Below are positions 32,087 to 41,667 of a stretch of DNA of 64,000 nt, one piece after another. Under the pieces are notes generated by a model. That model had not been told where the DNA came from and made no database searches. It saw only the letters and a program-made list of their open reading frames with translations. Numbering within the stretch: position 1 is the stretch's first letter; the number at the start of each line of letters is the position of its first letter. Source of the DNA: Acidimicrobiia bacterium (GTDB taxonomy: Bacteria; Actinomycetota; Acidimicrobiia; Spongiisociales; UBA11373). The position numbers and the translations under genes were made by a program. The stretch is from the NCBI GenBank assembly GCA_041551965.1, contig JBFELU010000005.1:188-64187 (forward strand), read 5' to 3'.

Positions 32087-32577
32087 AACGCGAGGACCTC
32101 CTCGGCCACTTCAACCGGAGTCCGTTCGTCCGTGGCGACCGTGAAGTGAGCGGCCGCCCGGTAGGCCTCCAGCCGTTCCGCCTCCAGGACGGCGAGAGAG
32201 CCCACCCGATCGGGCCCCGCCAGCAGCGGCCGATCGGCGGCCCCCTCGAGCCTGCCGGCCAGCGTCTCGGGAAGAGCCCGCAGCCACACCACCACCCCGT
32301 GCTCCCGCATCACCGCGCGGTTCCCCGGTCGAAGCACGGCACCGCCCCCACAGGCCACCACGGCATCGCGACCCGCAACCGTCCTCACCGCCACACTCTC
32401 GAGGTCGCGGAACGCCTCCTCACCGTCGTCGGCGAAGATCCGGCGCACCGATCGCCCCGCTGCGCCCTCCACGGTGTCGTCGAGGTCGACGAAGGGGCGG
32501 TCGGTCAGAGCGGCCACCAATCGGCCGATGGTCGTCTTGCCGGCACCCATCATGCCGGTCAACCAAAGCGTGATCAT
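32077..32577 (-). CDS. aroK: shikimate kinase
   Basis: P-loop GMMGAGKTT; ~166 aa. Confidence 0.9.
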   Translation of the reverse strand: MITLWLTGMMGAGKTTIGRLVAALTDRPFVDLDDTVEGAAGRSVRRIFADDGEEAFRDLESVAVRTVAGRDAVVACGGGAVLRPGNRAVMREHGVVVWLRALPETLAGRLEGAADRPLLAGPDRVGSLAVLEAERLEAYRAAAHFTVATDERTPVEVAEEVLALWR

Positions 32578-33722
32578 GGGAAGCGCTCGAGGCGCCGCCG
32601 GTAATGCGCGACCGCGGCCGACAGATCTCCGACGGTGTCGCCGCCGAACTTACGCACGAGTTCGTCGGCGAAGACCCAGCAGACCATGTGCTCGGCCACC
32701 ACCCCGGCTGCCGGAACGGCGCACACATCGCTGCGCTCCCGGATGGCCTTCTCCGGCTCACCGGTGGCGACGTCCACGGTCTGCAAGGCCCGCATGAGCG
32801 TGGAGAGCGGCTTCATGGCGGCCCGCACCCTCACCGGATCGCCCGTCGTCATCCCCCCTTCGATACCGCCGGCGCGATTGGAGACCCGGCGGGCCTCGCC
32901 CTCGACGAGCACGATCTCATCGTGCGCCTCCGAGCCGCGGCGTGCCGCCGAAGCCAGCCCGTCACCGACCTCCACCGCCTTGATGGCGTGAATCGACATC
33001 AACGCCTCCGCCAAACGCGCATCGATGCGCCGGTCCCAGTGAACGTGGCTCCCCAGCCCCGGGATCACTCCGAAGGCCACGACCTCGACCACCCCGCCGA
33101 GCGTGTCGCGATCCTCCTTGGCCCGGTCGATCTCGGCCACCATCGCCTGCTCGACGTCGGCGTCGAGGGTTCGTACCGGTGAGGCGTCGATCCGGTCGGC
33201 GTCGTCGGGCCCGGGCACGAGGTCGGCGGCCACGCTCCCAATGCGCACCACGTGGCTGAGCACCGACGTCCCCACGGTCTCGAGCAGAGCCCTCGCCAGA
33301 TACCCGGCCACGGCCCGGGCTGCGGTCTCGCGGGCGGAGGCTCGCTCCAGGATGTCCCGGGCGTCGTGGGAGTCGTACTTCTGCATGCCGGCCAGATCCG
33401 CATGCCCGGGGCGGGGCGCCGTCAACGGGCGCCGGGCCTCGCCGGGGCCAACGGCCATTTCTTCGACCCACTTGGGCCACTCGGTGTTTCGCACGACGAC
33501 CGCCACCGGCCCGCCCAGAGTCCGTCCGAACCGCACACCCCCCAGGATCTCGAGCTCGTCCTCTTCGAGCGCCATGCGCCGCCCACGGCCGTAGCCGTGA
33601 CGCCGACGAGCCAGTTCGGCCGCCAACCCATCGGACGACACCTCGAGACCGGCCGGGAGGCCCTCGACGATGGTCACGAGGCCCGGCCCGTGAGATTCAC
33701 CCGCAGTCAGAAAACGCAGCAT
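32574..33722 (-). CDS. aroC: chorismate synthase
   Basis: MLRFLTAGESHGPGLVTIVEGLPAGL signature N-terminus; 382 aa. Confidence 0.9.
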   Translation of the reverse strand: MLRFLTAGESHGPGLVTIVEGLPAGLEVSSDGLAAELARRRHGYGRGRRMALEEDELEILGGVRFGRTLGGPVAVVVRNTEWPKWVEEMAVGPGEARRPLTAPRPGHADLAGMQKYDSHDARDILERASARETAARAVAGYLARALLETVGTSVLSHVVRIGSVAADLVPGPDDADRIDASPVRTLDADVEQAMVAEIDRAKEDRDTLGGVVEVVAFGVIPGLGSHVHWDRRIDARLAEALMSIHAIKAVEVGDGLASAARRGSEAHDEIVLVEGEARRVSNRAGGIEGGMTTGDPVRVRAAMKPLSTLMRALQTVDVATGEPEKAIRERSDVCAVPAAGVVAEHMVCWVFADELVRKFGGDTVGDLSAAVAHYRRRLERFP

Positions 33723-33754
33723 GGACGCGGGGATGGTACTCCCCCGAGCCGGGG

Positions 33755-34336
33755 TTACTTCAGGATCGCCTGGCCCACCGCCAGAGTGAAGGCGCTGTCC
33801 CCGAAGAGGAACACGCCGTTGTTTTCGGAGAGGCTGACCACCTTGAAGTTCTCCGCAAAGGTCTCGCCGACCGCCACGATGTAGGTCTCGCCGTCGACCG
33901 TCACCACGGCCTTTCTGGTGCCGTCCTCGTCGCGGATCTCGAGCAACACCACCCTGCGGGTCTCCGGCTCGAAGCCCTCGGTGGTCGTTGTCGCGCCGTC
34001 ACCGGCGGTGGTCGTGGTCGTGCCATCACCGGTCGTGGTCGTGGTGCCCCCGGTGGTCGTCGTGATCACACCGGTGGTCGTCGTCGTGCCTTCGATGAGC
34101 GGCTGGAACGGATCGCGAGGCGGGGCCACCTGGAATGCCGAGGTCAGCCCGAGCCCATCGTCCGCGGCCGCGAGCGGAGCGATCGTCCCCGGCGCGGCCG
34201 GGAGAGGCCCATCCAATCCCGGGCCGGCGGCCGCAAACACTCCGCTGGTGGCGATCAGCCAGACCGAGACGACGGCAGTGGCCACCAGGAGGATCGCCAC
34301 GACCGAGGCAGTCAGGCTGCGCGTTGCGCTTCTCAC
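33755..34336 (-). CDS. PilP-like type IV pilus inner-membrane assembly protein (membrane-anchored, Thr/Gly-rich linker)
   Basis: N-terminal TM anchor, PRDPFQPL motif (compare RSPFQPP in PilP), a long T/G-rich linker, and a C-terminal beta-rich domain (VVTVDGETYIVAVGETF...). Start overlaps the pilO stop; last gene of the pilMNO(P) unit. Confidence 0.55.
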   Translation of the reverse strand: MRSATRSLTASVVAILLVATAVVSVWLIATSGVFAAAGPGLDGPLPAAPGTIAPLAAADDGLGLTSAFQVAPPRDPFQPLIEGTTTTTGVITTTTGGTTTTTGDGTTTTTAGDGATTTTEGFEPETRRVVLLEIRDEDGTRKAVVTVDGETYIVAVGETFAENFKVVSLSENNGVFLFGDSAFTLAVGQAILK

Positions 34337-35133
34337 GGCAAGCCCCCGGACGCTTCACCGATGGTGGGGGGCGGGCCCTCCACCGGCTCGAACTCGATCC
34401 CCTGCCCGGGTTCGGCGGCATCGCCCTCGAGGTTGTCACCCTCCTGCTGCGCCCCACCTTCACCCTCGACCTCTTCCGCGGTGAGGATCGGCAGCAGCGG
34501 TGATCTCGTGTAGAGCTTGATGCTCAGGGCGATCGACAACGAATCCTCTTCGATCCACGGGACGGTGGTGGTCGTCGTGCTGGTCGACGTCGTGCTCGTG
34601 GTGTCCCCACCGGCGACCGTCGTCGTGGTCGTCGTCTCCTCCACCTCCCCGGCACCGGCGGAAGTGGCGGTGATGGCCACGCTGTCGACCACCACGATTC
34701 GCTCCATGTCGTCGAGCCCGAACAGGAACCCGAGGAGCTCGAAATACTCTCCGGTCATGGCGAGCGAGACGCCGATCTCATAGGCGTCGAGACCTTGCAC
34801 CGGAGCGGGCTCCGCCGGCGAGATCGCCTCGAGATTCACCCCCACCTCTTCGGCCAGCGCCGTCACCTCCTCGATGAAGACCGCCAGCTCGGCACGCTTG
34901 GGGATACCCGCCTCCAGCTTGCCGATGGCGGCGAGGTAGGCGACGTCGTTCTCCTGGACCGCCTGCAGCTGGGCGATGGCGGCCCGCAGCCGGTCGGCCT
35001 CGGCAACCGCGGCGTCACGATCATCCCTCAGCTCGGCGATCCGGGCGTTGCGGGGAGAAATGAGGAAGAACCACCAGGCCGCGGTGACCGCCAGGATGAC
35101 GAAGAGGACGAGGGCGGTGACCCGGCGGCTCAT
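34333..35133 (-). CDS. pilO: type IV pilus assembly protein PilO
   Basis: Single N-terminal TM helix, coiled-coil (AELRDDRDAAVAEADRLRAAIAQLQ) and PilO-like periplasmic domain, with a Thr-rich plus acidic C-terminal extension. ATGA coupling with pilN. Confidence 0.7.
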   Translation of the reverse strand: MSRRVTALVLFVILAVTAAWWFFLISPRNARIAELRDDRDAAVAEADRLRAAIAQLQAVQENDVAYLAAIGKLEAGIPKRAELAVFIEEVTALAEEVGVNLEAISPAEPAPVQGLDAYEIGVSLAMTGEYFELLGFLFGLDDMERIVVVDSVAITATSAGAGEVEETTTTTTVAGGDTTSTTSTSTTTTTVPWIEEDSLSIALSIKLYTRSPLLPILTAEEVEGEGGAQQEGDNLEGDAAEPGQGIEFEPVEGPPPTIGEASGGLP

Positions 35134-35753
35134 CCGGGAACCACCACCGGGATCCGCTCCTCGAGCCGGCTGGACACGGCCGCCTCGGTGAGCCCCGTCG
35201 ATGAATCGAAGTTGATCAACGTCTCACCGGTCACGGCCGAACCCGACTCGGAGGCATTCGTCACCCAGGTACCTGCGATGCCGGGGAATTGCTCTTCGTC
35301 GAGCGACCGAAGCCACGCCGACACGTCTCGGAAGTCGAAGCCTCTCCCCGCAACCGCCACCCTTCCCACGAGCCCGGGAGTGCCCGGCAACGACGTCCCC
35401 ACGAAGGAGTCCAGCCAGACGCGCTCGGGAATGAGGCGTCCGAAGTCGTTCAGCAGGCGACCCCACGCGACATCCTGGGCGAGCACCACCGAAGTGAGGA
35501 GCACCTGCTCGGCATACTGAGCCGCCAGGTCGTCGGCGGCGACGAGGGCATTGACCTCGGCGTCGAGTTCGGCGTTGATCGCTTGCTGTTCCTCGAGGGC
35601 TTCCTGGGTCGCGTCGACCCGGGTGTTCCACCACATCACACCCATCACGAGCGCGGCCACGTAGAGGAGTCCGAGCGCCACCCAGAAGCCCACCTTGCGG
35701 CGAGCCGCCAGCCTGCGAACGGCTTCGGGCGGAAGCAGGTTGATCGGTCTCAT
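35130..35753 (-). CDS. pilN: type IV pilus assembly protein PilN
   Basis: Signature N-terminus MRPINLLPPE (INLLP motif that binds PilM), a TM helix and coiled-coil. Confidence 0.8.
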   Translation of the reverse strand: MRPINLLPPEAVRRLAARRKVGFWVALGLLYVAALVMGVMWWNTRVDATQEALEEQQAINAELDAEVNALVAADDLAAQYAEQVLLTSVVLAQDVAWGRLLNDFGRLIPERVWLDSFVGTSLPGTPGLVGRVAVAGRGFDFRDVSAWLRSLDEEQFPGIAGTWVTNASESGSAVTGETLINFDSSTGLTEAAVSSRLEERIPVVVPG

Positions 35754-35759
35754 GGCAGA

Positions 35760-36863
35760 TCAGGCGACATGGGCGAATCGGGCGGTCGGGGGGACGACGA
35801 ACTTGCCCCACATGGCGAGCCCGACCGAGGCCGGGAGCACCGGCTGCAGGTCGAGCAATTGGCTCTCGGTCATCTGAAGGCGCCCCACTCCGACGTGATC
35901 GAGCACCCGCACCGGCTCGACCCGGGTTCCCAGGGCCCGAGCGATCCGGTTGGCGAGATGCGGCAGGCGGGCGCCGTTGCCGGAGACGACGAGGCGGCCG
36001 AGCGAGTGCTCGCCCGCCTGGGTCAGGTAGTAGTTGATGGATCCACGGATCTCTTCGATCAGCGAATCGGCCGTCCGGGTGAGGAGGCGACGCGCCACCG
36101 CCTGGTCGCCTTCGCCCTCCGGCATGCCGTCGGGAGCCACGCCGACGACGCGTTTCAACTCCTCAGCGTCCTCGTAGCCGAGTGACAGCCCGGCTCTGAG
36201 GTCCTCGGTGAACTGGTCCCCGCCGACGGGGAGGATGCGGACGAACCGGGTGATCCCGCCCCGCACGATGGCGATCTGCGACATGGAGATGCCGATGTCG
36301 AGAAGGGCCTGAGGGCCGTCGCCACCCAACATCAGATCTGCCCCGAAGGCGGCTCGCACCAGGCCGAACGCCTGGAGGTCGATCGACAGCACGTCCAGGC
36401 TGGCCGAGGAGGCGACGCCGAGCAACTCGTCGATCATCTCCCGCTGGGCGGCGACCACCAGGATGGAGAGCATCAGCTCCCCGTCGGGGGTGTTGAACTC
36501 CTCGAGCGGCACGTAGTCGAGGACGGCCTCTTCGACGGGAATCGGGATGGCGTCCTCCACCTGGAATGGGAGAGCCTCGACCATCTCGGCTTCCTCGAGG
36601 TGGGGCACATCGACTTGCCGGACTATCACCCGCTGGCTGGCGATGCCGATGACGACACGCTTGCGCGGCAGCTTGTTTCGCTTCCACAACGCCCCGACCG
36701 CCTCGGCGACGGCGCCGGGGTCGACGATCTCGCCGGCGACCACGGCTCCGGGCGGGAGCGGCATGTCGGCGAAGCGCCGCAGCAGCGGCGATGCCTTGGC
36801 GGTGTCGACGACCGCAGCGCGCACCGCGCTCGAACCGATGTCGAGACCAACCGCAACAGCCAT
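35760..36863 (-). CDS. pilM: type IV pilus assembly ATPase-like protein PilM (actin fold)
   Basis: MAVAVGLDIGSSAVRAAVV ASKHA/actin-like phosphate-1 motif; 367 aa; immediately upstream of pilN. Confidence 0.85.
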   Translation of the reverse strand: MAVAVGLDIGSSAVRAAVVDTAKASPLLRRFADMPLPPGAVVAGEIVDPGAVAEAVGALWKRNKLPRKRVVIGIASQRVIVRQVDVPHLEEAEMVEALPFQVEDAIPIPVEEAVLDYVPLEEFNTPDGELMLSILVVAAQREMIDELLGVASSASLDVLSIDLQAFGLVRAAFGADLMLGGDGPQALLDIGISMSQIAIVRGGITRFVRILPVGGDQFTEDLRAGLSLGYEDAEELKRVVGVAPDGMPEGEGDQAVARRLLTRTADSLIEEIRGSINYYLTQAGEHSLGRLVVSGNGARLPHLANRIARALGTRVEPVRVLDHVGVGRLQMTESQLLDLQPVLPASVGLAMWGKFVVPPTARFAHVA

Positions 36864-37038
36864 AGCACCTCCGCGGGGTCGGGCCCGCCTGTCAGTCTCC
36901 GTAGTTACAACTCTGTGATCTGGAGGCTAGCCCTGTGGATAACGAGGACAAAGCATTTCGGGGCGGTGCCATCGGACACCCTCGGTTACCGAAATGAGGC
37001 GTGGTGCGCGCGAAGCGCGGTCTCGAAGCGTGGTCTCC

Positions 37039-37803
37039 TCAGCCGAGATACCACTCGGCGATCCGCTCCCCCCAGGCCAGCCCGACGGCGGCCCCCGCCA
37101 CCATGGAGGGACCGAAGGCAATGGCATCCTTGCGACCCGCCCGCCGCAACGCCAAGAGGGCCAGGGCCACCAATCCCCCGATCGCAAAGGCCGCAAACCC
37201 GCCCACCAGGAGGGCCTCCCAAGACCGGTAGGCGAGGAAGGATCCCAGCAGGAAGGCCAGCTTGACATCCCCGAATCCGAAACCGCCGCGGGCGGCCAGA
37301 GCGACGAGGAAGAGGAGACCGAAATAACCGGCGCCCCCGCCGAGAGCTCGCAGCAACGCAGATGCATCGCCATCGAGCACGGCACCGCCGCTCAACAGCA
37401 CCCAGCCCACCATCGTCCCCGGCACCAGGATCCGGTTGGGGATCCGCTGCAGGTCAAGATCGGTGAGGGTCAAGGTCACGGCGACGCCGGTCGCCCACCA
37501 GTAGGCGGGCAAGACCCAGGCGGCGCCGATGAGCAGGCCCAAGAGCGCAAAGATGGCTCCGGTTCCGGCCTCGACGAGCGGATAGCGAATCGAGATGCCG
37601 GAGCCGCAATCCCGGCATCGTCCTCGCAGCAGCAGCCATCCCACCACCGGCACGTTGTCCCGGGGGCGGATTCGGTGACCGCAGGCCGGGCAAGCCGACG
37701 GCGGCCGCACCACCGAAAGGCCCTGCGGCACCCGATAGGCGACGACGTTGACGAAAGACCCCACCACGAGCCCGACGACGGCGCCGGCGAGAGGGATCAC
37801 CAC
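37039..37803 (-). CDS. pilD: prepilin peptidase (A24 family)
   Basis: N-terminal zinc-binding CxxC..CxxC (CPACGHRI...CRDCGSGI), polytopic membrane protein, catalytic Asp-containing motifs; 254 aa. Confidence 0.85.
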   Translation of the reverse strand: MVIPLAGAVVGLVVGSFVNVVAYRVPQGLSVVRPPSACPACGHRIRPRDNVPVVGWLLLRGRCRDCGSGISIRYPLVEAGTGAIFALLGLLIGAAWVLPAYWWATGVAVTLTLTDLDLQRIPNRILVPGTMVGWVLLSGGAVLDGDASALLRALGGGAGYFGLLFLVALAARGGFGFGDVKLAFLLGSFLAYRSWEALLVGGFAAFAIGGLVALALLALRRAGRKDAIAFGPSMVAGAAVGLAWGERIAEWYLG

Positions 37804-38246
37804 GCGACCCCGGCGCAGTTCTCCATCGCGATATCGAAACGGGAAGACCCGGCGCAGGTCGGACGTCCGGCGTCGTCGCCGTGGAGCACGAGGCGGAGGC
37901 CGAACCAGGTTCCCGTCACCGACCGAGCGTACAACAGCACCCGGCCCCGGTCACCGGTATCGACGTCGGCCACTTCGACGTAGACCCGGGAGTCGCTATC
38001 ACCGTCGAACTCCAACTCCGGCATCACCGACTTCAAGGCGGCGGCGGCGCCGACGAAGCCGCCCGCCTCCGGCTCCAGCGCCGCCTCGGCCTTGGCGGCG
38101 ATGGTGAGGGCGACCTTGACCCGCATGTCGTGGGCCTGCCGCCGGTTGGCCAGCAGGCTGGGAATCGCCATCGACACCAGCACCGCCAGGGCCACCAGCG
38201 TCACCAGCAGCTCCAGCACCGCAAAGCCCGTCTCTCGTTGCCGCAT
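37797..38246 (-). CDS. type IV pilin-like protein (second pilin)
   Basis: Class III signal peptide MRQRETG|FAVLELLV with Glu at +5; 149 aa; C-terminal Cys pair. Confidence 0.75.
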   Translation of the reverse strand: MRQRETGFAVLELLVTLVALAVLVSMAIPSLLANRRQAHDMRVKVALTIAAKAEAALEPEAGGFVGAAAALKSVMPELEFDGDSDSRVYVEVADVDTGDRGRVLLYARSVTGTWFGLRLVLHGDDAGRPTCAGSSRFDIAMENCAGVAW

Positions 38247-38262
38247 GAATGGTCCCCCACGT

Positions 38263-38295
38263 CAGTGGGGGCGAGTCCTGGACTCGCCCCCACTG
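38263..38295 (-). promoter_or_regulatory. long perfect hairpin between pilA stop and the downstream pilin gene
   Basis: CAGTGGGGGCGAGTCC / GGACTCGCCCCCACTG perfect inverted repeat (~14-bp GC-rich stem) with no following U-tract. Confidence 0.5.
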
Positions 38296-38315
38296 GGTTA
38301 CATAGCGCTCGGGTC

Positions 38316-38783
38316 TTACCAGCCGGTCTGCACGAAGCCGGGGGGCGGGTTGTCGGTGGCGGGGCAGTCGCCGGCGAAGGCGCCGGTGCCGTAGTACGTG
38401 CCGTTGGCGGCGGACTCCCACACCGCGAAGGTGTTGCCCGAATCGGCGGTCCGGGCGATACACACCACGTCGGAGTCGGCGACGTTCAGGTCGATGTACA
38501 CGCCCAGCGCCGGATCGGCGTTGATCACGGCATTCGGCTCGAGCTCCAGGATCTCGAGGCCGTCCTCTGTGTAGTCGCCCTCTTCCAGCCAGTACGCCTT
38601 CTCGGAGAGGAGCACATTGCGCACCTCGCTCTGGGCGGCGCGGTCTTGAGCGGACTTCCTGAAGCCGAGGAACGAAGGAATGGCAATGGCGATGAGAACT
38701 GCAATGATCATCACCACGACCATCAACTCGATGAGCGTGAAGCCCTCGTCCTTGGCCAAGCCCTTGCGGATGGCCTTCATCAT
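38316..38783 (-). CDS. pilA: major type IVa pilin
   Basis: MMKAIRKGLAKDEG|FTLIELMVVVMIIAVLIAIAIP canonical T4a prepilin leader and alpha-1 helix; C-terminal Cys pair (C...C); ~155 aa. Strong GGAGG RBS 7 nt upstream of the ATG; TAA stop. Confidence 0.9.
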   Translation of the reverse strand: MMKAIRKGLAKDEGFTLIELMVVVMIIAVLIAIAIPSFLGFRKSAQDRAAQSEVRNVLLSEKAYWLEEGDYTEDGLEILELEPNAVINADPALGVYIDLNVADSDVVCIARTADSGNTFAVWESAANGTYYGTGAFAGDCPATDNPPPGFVQTGW

Positions 38784-38875
38784 TACTGCGAACCTCCTCA
38801 GGTGTCGCTGAAGGATCGAATCTCGACCCACGAGGGGTTATCGGCGCCGCAGGTCGCGAAATTGAGCCTGATTTC

Positions 38876-40105
38876 TCAGCCGTTCTGGATGAGGTTGGCG
38901 ATGTTGAACATCGGCAGGTACAGGCAGATGAGGATGCCGCCGACCACCACGCCCATCACGATGATGAGGATCGGCTCGATGAGGCTGGTGAGCGCGCTGA
39001 TCGTGTCGTCGACCTCGCGGTCGTAGTAATCGGCGACCTTGCTCAACATGGTGTCCAGCGCCCCCGTTTCCTCGCCGACGGCCATCATCTGCGTCACCAT
39101 CGGCGGGAAGATCTCGTGGCGATGGAGCGGCTCGGCCAGGGACTCGCCCTTCTTCACCGAGGACTGGACGTCTCCGATGGCGTCGGCCAGGGTGGCGTTT
39201 CCCGCCGTCTCGGCGACGATGTCGAGGGCTTGGAGCACGGGCACGCCGGTGCGGCTCAGCACCGAGAAGGTCCGGGCGAAACGACTGATCGCCACCTTCT
39301 GCACCACCTTGCCGAAGATCGGGAATCGCAGCTTCAGTGCGTCCCATTGCCGGCTGCCGTTGGGCGTCTTCTTCCATTTGGTGAAGGCGAAGATCGAGCC
39401 ACCGAGCCCGCCCAGCCACAGCCACCACAGGCCGGTCACCAGGCCGGAGAAGTTGATGAGCGTCTGGGTCGGCAAGGGAAGCGCGCCGCCCAGATCGGAA
39501 TACATCTTCTCGAAGATCGGCACGACGAACACGAGCATGGCCATGACGATGAACACGATCAGATTGAGAACGACCACCGGGTAGGCCATTGCCGATTTGA
39601 TCTTCGAACGCAGCCGGGCCGCTGCCTCGAGGGTGTCGGCCAGCCGGGCCAGCGTCTCATCGAGCGCGCCGCCGACCTCGCCGGCCCGGACCATCGAGAC
39701 GTAGAGCTGCCCGAAGACCTTGGGGTGATCCTCGAGCGCGCCGGAGAGGCTGGTGCCCTGTTCGACCTTGAGCCGCACCTGCCCGAGCACGTCACGCAGA
39801 TAGGGGTTCTCGGCCTGATCCTCGAGAATGACCAGGGTCCGGATGAGGGAGAGGCCGGAGTTGACCATGGTGGCCATCTGGCGGCTCATCAGCGCCAGTT
39901 CCTTCGACTTCACCTTCTTGCCGAGCTTGGGGAGGGTGAGCTCCTTCTCGAAGGCCGAGACGCGCTTCTCAGAGACGTTGAGGGGTACCATCCCGCGTTC
40001 GCGCAGGCTGCGGGCCACGGCCGCCGAGGAGTCGGCCTCCAACTCGCCGCTGTGCACCCGCCCCGATTTGTCCTTGGCCCGATAGGCGAAGACCGCGGTG
40101 CTCAT
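38876..40105 (-). CDS. pilC: type IV pilus platform protein PilC (GspF family)
   Basis: Two GspF-type repeats and three TM segments; 409 aa; ATGA-coupled to pilT. Confidence 0.85.
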   Translation of the reverse strand: MSTAVFAYRAKDKSGRVHSGELEADSSAAVARSLRERGMVPLNVSEKRVSAFEKELTLPKLGKKVKSKELALMSRQMATMVNSGLSLIRTLVILEDQAENPYLRDVLGQVRLKVEQGTSLSGALEDHPKVFGQLYVSMVRAGEVGGALDETLARLADTLEAAARLRSKIKSAMAYPVVVLNLIVFIVMAMLVFVVPIFEKMYSDLGGALPLPTQTLINFSGLVTGLWWLWLGGLGGSIFAFTKWKKTPNGSRQWDALKLRFPIFGKVVQKVAISRFARTFSVLSRTGVPVLQALDIVAETAGNATLADAIGDVQSSVKKGESLAEPLHRHEIFPPMVTQMMAVGEETGALDTMLSKVADYYDREVDDTISALTSLIEPILIIVMGVVVGGILICLYLPMFNIANLIQNG

Positions 40106-41667
40106 GTCCGACCTCCGGTCAGGTTGAGGAACTCCTGCACGTCCTGGGCCCGTTCGACCGCTTCGGCGACCGTCACCCGTCCCGCCTTGACCAGGCCGGC
40201 GAGCGCCTGGTCCATCGTCTCCATCCCGTGCTTGCCGCCCGCCTGCATGAGCGAGTGGATCTGGTGGAGCTTCGACTCCCTGATGAGATTGCGGATCGCC
40301 GGCGTGGTCACCATCACCTCGACGGCGGCCACCCGGCCGGCCCCATCGGCGGTGGGCAGCAGTTGTTGGGCAACGACTCCCTGCAGCGACTCGGCCATCT
40401 GCACCCGGACCTGCTGCTGCTGCCCGGAGGGGAAGACGTCGATCACCCGCTCCACCGACTGGGCCGCGCTCTGGGTGTGGAGGGTGGCGAAGACCACGTG
40501 GCCGGTCTCGGCGGCGGTGAGCGCGGTCTCCATCGTCTCGAGATCACGGAGCTCACCGACGAGGATCACGTCGGGGTCTTGACGAAGCGCCTGCCGCAGA
40601 GCCCTGGCGAACGATTGGGTGTCCGCCCCCACTTCCCGCTGATTGATTATCGCCTTGTTGTGGCGGTGCATGAACTCGATGGGATCCTCGACCGTCATCA
40701 CATGAACGGCCCGGGTCTGGTTGATGAGGTTGATCAGCGACGCCAGCGTCGTCGATTTCCCGCTGCCGGTGGCGCCGGTCACCAAGATGAGACCACGCGT
40801 CAAGTTGGCGAACTCACGAACCGCCGGCGGCATCCCCAGTTCCTCGAGCGTCGGCACGTGGTCGGGGATGGACCGCATCACGGCCCCGATCGACCCCCGC
40901 TGGAAGAACACGTTGACACGGAAGCGTCCCCGCCCGGCGACGCTGTGGGAGAAGTCGAGCTCCTGCTCGTTCTCCAGCGCCTCCCGCTGATCGCCGGTGA
41001 GCATGGCGTACACCATCGAACGCAACGGCACCGGCTTCAGCTTCTCGTAGTTCTCCACCACGCGAAGGTCTCCGTGCACCCTGATCTGCGGCGGCGTTCC
41101 CACCGCCAGATGCAGGTCGGAGCCCCCGGCATCGACCAGCACGTCGAGGAGCTCGTTCACGTGAAACTCTGGCTCCTCGATTCCGATTCTCTCCGTCGAG
41201 GTGACCCTTGGGTCGGGGGAGGGACGCGCCCGCTCCCGGTAGGCGGTGTCGATCGCACCCACGAGGGCATCACGGTGGCCCAGCAGCGGCCGCACCCTGA
41301 ATCCCGTGGTCTTGTGGATCCGGGCCACCTTCTCCCGGTCGAACGGATCGGCCATCGCCACGGTGAGTTCGTCCTTGTGGAGACCGAGCGGGAGCGCCAC
41401 GAGATGAGCGGCGAGCTCACGATCGACCGCGTTGACGGCGGCGGAGTCGGGAGCGCCGTCGGTGGCGGGATCGTGGTAGCCCATCCCGAGCCGCTCGGCG
41501 GCAACGCGAAGGATCTCCTCCCGTTTCACCCGGCCCCGTTCCACCATCAGCTTGGCGAGAGGAGCGCCGGCGCGCTCCGAGGCGGCCAGATCGGCCTCGA
41601 GTTCCGCTTCGCTGATGAGGCCCCGATCGAGCAGGATCTGACCGAGCTGGCGCGAGACATCGTTCAT
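40102..41667 (-). CDS. pilT: PilT-type retraction ATPase with N-terminal MshEN/GspII domain
   Basis: PilT/PilU core (Walker A GATGSGKST, Asp box, His box, AIRNLIRE) preceded by a ~150-aa T2SSE_N-like domain (RQLGQILLDRGLISEAELEADL; MADPFD). Start chosen at MNDVSRQL (ATG 41665-41667), giving a 4-nt overlap with the pilB stop. Confidence 0.8.
   Translation of the reverse strand: MNDVSRQLGQILLDRGLISEAELEADLAASERAGAPLAKLMVERGRVKREEILRVAAERLGMGYHDPATDGAPDSAAVNAVDRELAAHLVALPLGLHKDELTVAMADPFDREKVARIHKTTGFRVRPLLGHRDALVGAIDTAYRERARPSPDPRVTSTERIGIEEPEFHVNELLDVLVDAGGSDLHLAVGTPPQIRVHGDLRVVENYEKLKPVPLRSMVYAMLTGDQREALENEQELDFSHSVAGRGRFRVNVFFQRGSIGAVMRSIPDHVPTLEELGMPPAVREFANLTRGLILVTGATGSGKSTTLASLINLINQTRAVHVMTVEDPIEFMHRHNKAIINQREVGADTQSFARALRQALRQDPDVILVGELRDLETMETALTAAETGHVVFATLHTQSAAQSVERVIDVFPSGQQQQVRVQMAESLQGVVAQQLLPTADGAGRVAAVEVMVTTPAIRNLIRESKLHQIHSLMQAGGKHGMETMDQALAGLVKAGRVTVAEAVERAQDVQEFLNLTGGRT

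Noticed and set aside
33918-34484. Possibility that the Thr-rich stretches (PilP-like linker, PilO tail) are a repeat element or mobile DNA
   Set aside because: The repeats are in-frame codon-level (ACC/ACG)n runs encoding flexible T/G linkers within intact coupled ORFs. There are no terminal inverted repeats, transposase or integrase.
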